Below, in pieces: positions 9,106-15,657 of a DNA stretch of 27,034 nucleotides. The notes below the pieces were generated by a model that did not search any database, had not been told where the DNA came from, and was given only the letters and a program-made list of their open reading frames with translations. The stretch lies in assembly GCA_030587475.2 (NCBI GenBank), contig JAUQYZ020000263.1, positions 1-27,034 on the forward strand, read 5' to 3'. Position numbers and translations under genes: made by a program. The DNA comes from Candidatus Sigynarchaeum calidifontis. GTDB lineage: Archaea; Asgardarchaeota; Lokiarchaeia; Sigyniarchaeales; Sigyniarchaeaceae. Position 1 is the stretch's first letter. The number at the start of each line of letters is the position of its first letter.

Positions 9106-9159
9106 TTTCATCTTCAAGGGCTGCGAGTTCGCCTGGAACATCGGATCGATGAATTAGCT
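9106..9159 (-). repeat. Diverged duplicate of the last ~18 codons of the TrmB-like coiled-coil gene
   Basis: Reads S*FIDPMFQANSQPLKMK versus SQFIGPMFQANSQPLKI* at 9338-9391; 42/54 nt identical by manual alignment. Confidence 0.9.
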
Positions 9160-9195
9160 ATCAAATGATTTTAACCTGGATTGATAAATACTTGC

Positions 9196-9280
9196 TTCTC
9201 GCCGGCGCAGCGCGCCGGCGGGAACGACTGAGGCCGCGGGGTACCATGCAAGCCGGTCGCGGCTTGCTGCTTGCCAAGCA
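9196..9280. repeat. Cluster of GC-rich inverted repeats
   Basis: CGCCGGCGC-AGC-GCGCCGGCG (9200-9220, extendable to 9196-9224), GCAAGCCG-GTCG-CGGCTTGC (9248-9267), TGCTTG-C-CAAGCA (9268-9280). Confidence 0.7.
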
Positions 9281-9337
9281 TTCGGACTACGAAAAACAAG
9301 AACGAAAAATAAGAGAAAAAGGGAAAAACGGAATGAA

Positions 9338-11899
9338 TTAAATCTTGAGGGGCTGGCTGTTGGCCTGGAACATTGGACCGATGAACTGGCTGTAGAGCTT
9401 GGCATAGCCCTCCTGGTCGCTGATGACGCACACCAGGTCGTTGTCCTTGGCCGTCTCGGGCGCCAGCATGATCTCCTCGGCGTCGCGGGTCACCGCCCAG
9501 TACTCGCCGGCCGTCTTGAGCTGCCGGAACTGGACGTTGCCGAGCACGCTCATCTTCTTGATTATGTCGCCATAAGAGGCAAGGTCCCAATGTGTGGTTA
9601 GGAAAAACTTTTGTGCCTTGCGCTCGTACGCCACTTGTGCTATCAATTCCAAGATTTCGGGCACGACCGTCGGCGTCACGATGATGATCGACGATTTCGT
9701 GCGCCAAATCACGTCCTTCAAGTAGGTAATCAACCCCGCCTTCCCGATCAAGTGCCACGTCCTGATCGGCTCGATCGGCCGCACCGCGTGTGCAGCGTTG
9801 TGGATCTCGGTCAGTTTTTCCTCGGTTTTCTCGGCGCTGGAGAACGCGTCGTCGATCTTGTTCATGAACGTGAGCGTGAAGTCGGCGATCGAGTCCTTTA
9901 TTTTCTGGATGGTCTCGTCGACGGTCGCCTTGTTCGCGCCCTCCATCTTGCCCGACACGTCCTTGAACCGGTCCTTGTGGTCGTCGAGCATGGCCAGCAA
10001 GTTGGAATTCATTTCCTTGCACTCGGACTTGAACAGGCCGATTTGCTCGTCGATCAGGTTCGACGCCTTGGTCTTCGTGGCGTCCTTGTCGTTCAAGATC
10101 TTCGTGAGGCGGCTCTTGTAGATCTGGGCTTGCTTGGCCTTCATGTCGTCGGTATCGGCCTTGAAGATGTTCGCGTGCTCGGTGTGCTGCGCCGTCGCAT
10201 CGGCGTGGAAGTCCGTGACGACCTTTTTCTTCTTGGCGATGTCGGCGGATATTGATGCCTTCTCGGCGGCCGTGTCGTCGTTGAATTTCTTGCGGAACGC
10301 GTCGTTGAACGAGAGCACGCCGTTCCGGTGGTTGTTGAGCGCCGTGTTGAAGTTACCCTGGTGCGCGTTGAACGACGACTCGACCGACGTCTTCAGTTTC
10401 GCCGTCGTGTCGTGGCAGTGCTGAATGTTCGTCTGCATGGTCTTCAAGGTCTCGGCCGACAAGTTCGACGCCAGCCCTTCCAGCTCGGCGTTCACGGTCT
10501 CCTGCGCGAACTTGTCCAGCTCGCCCGATTCTTTCTTGAGTCCCTCGTTCTCTTTCTTGAGAATCCCGAGCACCTCGGTATCGAGCGCCTGCGTCATGGC
10601 GTTCGTCTCGCCGATGTAGTCCTTGGTCTCCGAGTCGAACTGCGTCTTGATGTCCACCCCCAGCGCCGCGACCCGCTCCTTGACCGCCTTGTAGACCTCG
10701 GCCCAGTGTTTGTGCTGGCCGGAGAACAGCGCCTTGAACGCGCTGCCACGGCTGCCGAGGAACTTGGACACGTCTTGCAGTTGTCCCGAAATGTCGACGA
10801 GATTATCGATGAGCAGCTTGGTCTTGTACTCGAAATCCTCGACCTTCTTGACATAGGCGGCTTGCTTCGTGTCCAGCGTGCTCGTGACCTGCTTGCCCAT
10901 GGCATCGGTCGTGTTGTTGAGGTGGGCGTTGTGCTTGGCGAGGATGTCCGAGATGCGTTTCTTGAGGTCCTCCACGACCGCGTTCATGCGGTCGAGATAT
11001 TTCTGGAGGATCTCGTCCATCCGGGGCTTGAGGCCCTCGGCGTGCTGCTTGTGGCTGTCCACGTGCGCGTCCATCTGGGTCTTGACTTCCCTGTCCAGCG
11101 TCTTGAGCCGCGTGTCGAAATCCTTGAGCAAGTCATCGATGAGCTTGTTGATCTCGTTCTTGGCCTTGCTCGTGTGGTCGCCGGCCTGGTTGTTGAGCGC
11201 GTCGGTCGTGGCGTGCAAGCTCTTCTCCAGGTTCGTCGAATCTGCCAGCAACTGGTCGCGGATCGCGGTGAGCTTGTCGTTGAGGGCCTTGTTGTCGCCC
11301 GTGAATTTCGTGCTATGGGCGGTCCACTTGGCCGAGATCTCGCTCTCGAGTTCCGCGCTGTCCGCCTTGAACGTGTCGAAGTTCTTGTCCAGCGTGGCGT
11401 GGATCTCCAGCTCCATCTTCTTGGATGTCTCCTCGAACCGGTCGCGTGCCTTCGTGATCGTGGCGGTGGCGACCGTGCCCTGGTCGTTCGCGTCGGCGTT
11501 GAACTGGGCCTGCTGGTCGGCGACGGTCTTCTCGATATCGGCCTTGGCTTTCGAGGCAATGCCATCCAGCTCGTCGTATTTCTTGCTCTGGTCCGCGAGC
11601 ACGTTGTCCTTGATGACAGAGATCTCGTCGCGGAACTTCTTGCTCTGCCCTGTAAACAAGCTAAAGTAAGGCTCGAGTGGGATGTACCGTTCGATTTTCC
11701 CCTCGATTTTTTTAAGGAACTTGGCCTGTTCAAGTTTTTCGGTTATCTTTTTGACCGTGTCGTAGTCCATCTCCAGCAAGGACATGATTTGACTCACGGT
11801 TGCTTGCGGCATTCCAAGATAACCGATATAGACCTTGACCTCGTTCTCCAGGAGGCCATATTGTGTAAATATATCCATAAATACTTCTTTTAACGACAT
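9338..11899 (-). CDS. TrmB-like protein: N-terminal winged HTH, ~630-aa hendecad coiled coil, C-terminal degenerate PLD-like/TrmB effector domain
   Basis: YGLLENEVKVYIGYL...ATVSQI...KLEQAKFLKKIEGKIERYIPLEP is a TrmB-type wHTH. TWHLIGKAGLITYLKDVIWRTKSSIIIVTP...YWAVTRDAEEIMLAP resembles the TrmB C-terminal domain and has no HKD motif. Start 11899 preferred; 11998 and 11878 are alternatives. Confidence 0.85.
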   Translation of the reverse strand: MSLKEVFMDIFTQYGLLENEVKVYIGYLGMPQATVSQIMSLLEMDYDTVKKITEKLEQAKFLKKIEGKIERYIPLEPYFSLFTGQSKKFRDEISVIKDNVLADQSKKYDELDGIASKAKADIEKTVADQQAQFNADANDQGTVATATITKARDRFEETSKKMELEIHATLDKNFDTFKADSAELESEISAKWTAHSTKFTGDNKALNDKLTAIRDQLLADSTNLEKSLHATTDALNNQAGDHTSKAKNEINKLIDDLLKDFDTRLKTLDREVKTQMDAHVDSHKQHAEGLKPRMDEILQKYLDRMNAVVEDLKKRISDILAKHNAHLNNTTDAMGKQVTSTLDTKQAAYVKKVEDFEYKTKLLIDNLVDISGQLQDVSKFLGSRGSAFKALFSGQHKHWAEVYKAVKERVAALGVDIKTQFDSETKDYIGETNAMTQALDTEVLGILKKENEGLKKESGELDKFAQETVNAELEGLASNLSAETLKTMQTNIQHCHDTTAKLKTSVESSFNAHQGNFNTALNNHRNGVLSFNDAFRKKFNDDTAAEKASISADIAKKKKVVTDFHADATAQHTEHANIFKADTDDMKAKQAQIYKSRLTKILNDKDATKTKASNLIDEQIGLFKSECKEMNSNLLAMLDDHKDRFKDVSGKMEGANKATVDETIQKIKDSIADFTLTFMNKIDDAFSSAEKTEEKLTEIHNAAHAVRPIEPIRTWHLIGKAGLITYLKDVIWRTKSSIIIVTPTVVPEILELIAQVAYERKAQKFFLTTHWDLASYGDIIKKMSVLGNVQFRQLKTAGEYWAVTRDAEEIMLAPETAKDNDLVCVISDQEGYAKLYSQFIGPMFQANSQPLKI

Positions 11900-12264
11900 A
11901 TCATGCACCTTTGTATCGTTATTCGATGTAACAGCAAATCCTTCGTCGATCGTCCCGCCCTCGCGTGTTTCCCTTGAGACAAAAGGCGGGTCCGGCATCG
12001 GCGAAAATCTATCGTATTGTTCAATGTGTTGGTTTTAAGCATTAAAAAAGTCTTCACCCGGCCGATTTCACGGCATCGATGCAATGTTGCGGCATGGGGC
12101 ATAGTTGCGCATGATCCGACTACAAGGTGGGATGGCCCATCATGCGAGAACGCGAGCACGAGTACCTTTTCGAGGCACGTGCGAGCTTTTTTTTTCATGG
12201 TGTTTCGATCCCTTTCGTGGCCGAATCGTTAACAATACCAATTGAACTGGAAGGGACGAGAAAA

Positions 12265-12294
12265 ACCGAAGAAACCGAAAAAACCGAAAAAACG
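12265..12294 (+). repeat. 9-bp tandem repeat (ACCGAARAA x3.3)
   Basis: ACCGAAGAA ACCGAAAAA ACCGAAAAA ACG in apparently non-coding DNA. Confidence 0.8.
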
Positions 12295-12595
12295 ATGCAA
12301 TCGACTAGCCACCGACCGTACCTAGATAGCTCCTTCAATTGCTTGGCGCGCGTGCGAGAGAAACAAGGTGGAAGCCTGTTGAGCCCTTCCACCCTTTTAT
12401 ACTTTATCCTTTTTCCTTTAATGCACGTAAAAGCCACCACGTTACTATCTCAAGGTACAAGAACGTCTATAACATGGAGATCGTCGATTTCGTTAAATAT
12501 AACCCATCATTCGCTAGCCTGGCAATCGTCGTGATGCCCAAGCCATGCTTTTTCCTCGGTGCGGTCATCGTCACGGATCAGATACGTCAAAAAAA

Positions 12596-12743
12596 GGTTG
12601 GCATGGTGGTTGGTGAGGTGAAACCCTTTCCATCTCGTAAACCGCTCGGAAGCGCATCGCGCAAGCCGTTGGATAAAGGTTGGGCTCGACCCGAAAAGGC
12701 CACCCGACATCGCGACGATTGTCGACCACGAACACGCCGTTCT
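12596..12743 (+). ncRNA. Candidate structured RNA upstream of IS110 transposase remnant (possible bridge/seek RNA)
   Basis: Manual pairing: 12600-12616 with 12719-12738 forms a long closing stem (several G-U pairs, one 3-nt bulge). Internal stems CCUUUCCA/UGGAUAAAGG, CGCU-CGGA-AGCG, GC-GCAA-GC, UUGGG/CCCGA, AUCG-CGA-CGAU. Confidence 0.35.
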
Positions 12744-12749
12744 CTCTCT

Positions 12750-13298
12750 CTGCTCACGCCGTTCTCCGCCGCATGGCTCGTCTCCGAGGTTGGACCGGTG
12801 TCGCGCTATCCGACACATCGAAAGTTCTCGGCATATTGCGGTTGCGGCGAGCGCGTGGTAAAGTCTGCAGGAAAGACCTATTCCGCCCATGTTTTGCGCC
12901 GGTCAAATAAATACGCTCGGACGATCTTGTTTAATGCAGCACGCGTGCTTTGCTACGCCGTGAAGAAGGATTCCGCGCTAAAGCGATATAGCAAGCGGAT
13001 GTTCGCAAAGAAGGGACACAAGGGGCCGGTGCTTGTATATTGCACGATCGCGACGAAATTATCCCGCATCATCTATGCGATGCTTAGGGATGGTGTCGAG
13101 TTCGACCCAACAATGGCCGCGGATAATCGACGTCCAGCGAGTATCGGCAACACCTTGCTTACCATCACCGATAGAAAGCGCATACTACACGCGCAAAAAG
13201 CGCTGCAGCGCGTCGCAAAACTCAAGCATCTCGGGCTTTTATCGGATCGAGCGGCATGTTTCGCGGAAGGGCTCGAACGAGCATTAAAAGAAAATTAA
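12750..13298 (+). mobile_element. IS110-family transposase remnant (C-terminal Transposase_20/Tnp domain only; RuvC-like DEDD domain missing)
   Basis: LTPFSAAWLVSEVGPVSRYPTHRKFSAYCG...VVKSAGK...SNKYARTILFNAA...IATKLSRIIYAMLRDGVEFDP. I could not find a GxD-type DEDD N-terminus upstream. Confidence 0.88.
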
Positions 13299-13349
13299 GA
13301 ATGCGGTTTGAGGCGAGTTCTCTCGCCAGGATCCTTTTTTTCTTGCCGG

Positions 13350-14150
13350 TCACGTGTATTGCTTGTCGGGCTTTTTTCGCGCCGAGTTTGCCTTCCCCTT
13401 GGGCACTTGCTTGGCCCATCTGTTCTTCAACGACTCGGGCGGCGTGAAGCCAAGGTAGACGATCACGCCACCGAACGCGCCGAGCAGCCACCCGAGCGTC
13501 ACGGTCCAGTATTCCCGGATCGGCACGATGATGATGACCTCGTGTGCCACGAACAAGATTACCGCGGCGAACATGACCAGCCCCGAGATGCCGATGAACG
13601 CGAGGCCATGCGCCTCGACTTGCCTCGATGCGTCGCTCTTGATGCGGCCGCGCAGCCTGAAGGCGTTCGCAGAAAGGATCGTGTAGATGACCAGCGCCGA
13701 TGCCACGTGGACGGCGAGCGCGAGCAAGGGCAAGTCGGGGTCGTCCGTGAAAAAGATGGCCACGAGCGCGGGGCCGACCGCTGCTTCGAGCCCGGCGAGC
13801 AGCTTGATAGACACCTTGGCCTTGCCATCGAAGAACACGTCGCGGATGAAGAGCAGCAAGTAGATATTGGCAATGGCATTTGCCGTGAATGACATGTACG
13901 AGCCGAGCCTGACATAATCGAACGCAAGGCGCCAGCCAGGGTAGAGAGCGTTGATCGTGAACGTCACGTAGTCGATGACGGCGGCGAGCATGAGGAACGC
14001 GGCCATGTTTCGCAAGGAACGCACGGTGACGGCCTTCCGCTCGGCATACTTCCGGGCAAGCAAGGCAAGGACGACGAGGGCTATCACGGAGCTCGCGATG
14101 GCCCCGACATACGCCATCCACTGGTAATCATACGTGAAGAATTGGGACAT
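13350..14150 (-). CDS. Seven-transmembrane protein of unknown function (stand-alone 7TM)
   Basis: Seven hydrophobic segments, basic loops after TM1 and TM5, TM7 ending YLGFTPPESLK, basic C-terminal tail. No Lys in TM7. Confidence 0.8.
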   Translation of the reverse strand: MSQFFTYDYQWMAYVGAIASSVIALVVLALLARKYAERKAVTVRSLRNMAAFLMLAAVIDYVTFTINALYPGWRLAFDYVRLGSYMSFTANAIANIYLLLFIRDVFFDGKAKVSIKLLAGLEAAVGPALVAIFFTDDPDLPLLALAVHVASALVIYTILSANAFRLRGRIKSDASRQVEAHGLAFIGISGLVMFAAVILFVAHEVIIIVPIREYWTVTLGWLLGAFGGVIVYLGFTPPESLKNRWAKQVPKGKANSARKKPDKQYT

Positions 14151-14286
14151 GGTGGATCGTGGATGTTCTCGCGAGGGGAGATTAAAAAAGGCTCTGCCGC
14201 GCTTTCACCGCCCCTTGCATTCCCACGTCCTCGCGTTCCCGCGTGTCTCCCACGGGACTTTCCCATTCCTCGCGTCGTGTACCACG

Positions 14287-14469
14287 ATGGCGTTGAGTGT
14301 TGGCATTCTTGTCATCGTGCTCATGCTTCTGGCGATTTCCAAGTTCAAGGAGCATGACTTGCTCCGCAACGTGAAAAAGAAGCTGACTTCATGCTTCAAG
14401 CGTGTTTTTGACAACGCGGGCGTCGCCACGATCGCCATGGAGATCATCGGGGCAATCTTGACCTTGTAG
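14287..14469 (+). CDS. Small 60-aa two-helix membrane ORF, possibly a 3' remnant of a VIT1/CCC1-like gene
   Basis: MALSVGILVIVLMLLAISKFK...AGVATIAMEIIGAILTL; host-like codons, T tract after the stop, preceded in frame by FPFL. Confidence 0.35.
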   Translation: MALSVGILVIVLMLLAISKFKEHDLLRNVKKKLTSCFKRVFDNAGVATIAMEIIGAILTL

Positions 14470-14513
14470 TCATTTTTTAATGCTTCTTTTGCACGGAACC
14501 TAGCTTTTCTGTC

Positions 14514-15434
14514 TCATCCGACCACGCTGATCTCGACCTTCTCGACATTCTCGAGCAACTCGAGCCCGGCCTTCACGCGGGCGATCGTTTCTTCGATATT
14601 GGCAGCCACGGCAAAATACGCCTCATAAGAACACTTGCCTGCCTTCTCCTGGCAGATGCCCGACGTGAACAGCAGCGGCAGCTCGATCACGCGTGCCGTG
14701 CGCATGATGAACTCGGGCGTGAGCGCCTTGACGATGATGCGCACCTTGATGGCCTGGCCGCTGCACGGGATCAGGTCGGCCTTCATCATGTCCCCGACCT
14801 TGCGGAAGACCGTGAACGCCCGCGACGCGGCCTTGCCCCTGGCGAGATCCTTGAGCTCGTTCAGGGCAGAGCGGGGGATAGGCACTTGCTCGGCCGACGC
14901 GATTGCCGCGATGGGTAACATGCTGGCGTACGTCGTGGGCGTGACGATGCGCAACTGGTCATTCAAGGCATCCAGCATGCCCGCTAGCTTGTTGTACTTC
15001 GCCGCGATGAGGCCATCGAGCTGGGCCGGGTCGATCGCCTTCCCCTCGGGGGTCGTGAAGAACGTGGCGGGGATGTATTCCTTCCGGTTGCCCGTGTAAA
15101 ACGCCATGTAGATGTCCGGGTCGCTGGCAAGCTGTTCCTTGAAATCGAGCATGCTCCGCTTGAACACGTCGATGGCCGGGGTTTCCTCCATCGTGAAGAC
15201 GGACAGCTGTGCCATCTCGACTTGTCCCCTGGCCCATTTCGAAGCAATGTTCAAGGGCATGTTGATGCTCTTGACCCCTTCTTCGGGGTCATCCTTGATG
15301 AAGAACTCGTCATCTTGAACGAAGTCCATGAGTTTAATGGTCTTTCTTACGATTTTCTCGTTGAAATTCCGTGGTATGACCATGAACGAGATGGGTCCCA
15401 ACCGGGTGTCGAAAATCGCGAGAAGCACGGCCAT
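14514..15434 (-). CDS. Longin/uDENN (FLCN/SMCR8/NPRL2-like) domain fused to a C-terminal ACT-like domain
   Basis: VLLAIFDTRLGPISFMVIP (F-x4-GP first hairpin) and NIASKWARGQVEMAQLSVF (ARG loop). C-terminal ~78 aa follow a beta-alpha-beta-beta-alpha-beta pattern ending LELLENVEKVEI. Alternative start 15476. Confidence 0.75.
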   Translation of the reverse strand: MAVLLAIFDTRLGPISFMVIPRNFNEKIVRKTIKLMDFVQDDEFFIKDDPEEGVKSINMPLNIASKWARGQVEMAQLSVFTMEETPAIDVFKRSMLDFKEQLASDPDIYMAFYTGNRKEYIPATFFTTPEGKAIDPAQLDGLIAAKYNKLAGMLDALNDQLRIVTPTTYASMLPIAAIASAEQVPIPRSALNELKDLARGKAASRAFTVFRKVGDMMKADLIPCSGQAIKVRIIVKALTPEFIMRTARVIELPLLFTSGICQEKAGKCSYEAYFAVAANIEETIARVKAGLELLENVEKVEISVVG

Positions 15435-15657
15435 AATATCATCATACCGCAGTGTTTTCAAAAGGTTTGCATGCAAGCAAATTGCCGTATTGGGTTAATA
15501 ATTGGCAGAAAAGGCAGCTGTTCGCGGGTCATTCCGTTTAAATTATCTCCGACGCTATTGGTAATGATTAGATCGTCATCATCGCTCTTGATCATCAGAG
15601 CATCCGTTCGGCGTCCCGGCGACATTACCCAAAAAAAAAGAAAGGCGCGAAAAAACC

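Noticed and set aside
8674-9141. 155-aa minus-strand ORF starting MFQANSQPLKMK
   Set aside because: It begins in the relic 3'-end duplicate and runs antisense to the membrane Zn-finger gene; not an independent gene.
10328-11893. Long plus-strand ORF (521 aa) and other ORFs antisense to or overlapping the coiled-coil gene
   Set aside because: Shadow ORFs caused by GC-biased codon usage of the real minus-strand gene; no motifs.
9338-11998. SMC or chemoreceptor annotation, or active PLD nuclease, for the giant coiled-coil protein
   Set aside because: No Walker A/B motifs, hinge or MCP signalling-tip motif, and no HKD motif in the C-terminal domain.
6234-12294. CRISPR array from the 21-bp and 9-bp repeats
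   Set aside because: Both are contiguous tandem repeats without spacers, and there are no cas genes.
12630-12680. Resemblance to a c-di-GMP-I (GEMM) riboswitch
   Set aside because: Only a loose AAACC...GCAAG likeness; the P1/P2 consensus is not met.
13350-14150. Rhodopsin
   Set aside because: No retinal-binding Lys in helix 7.
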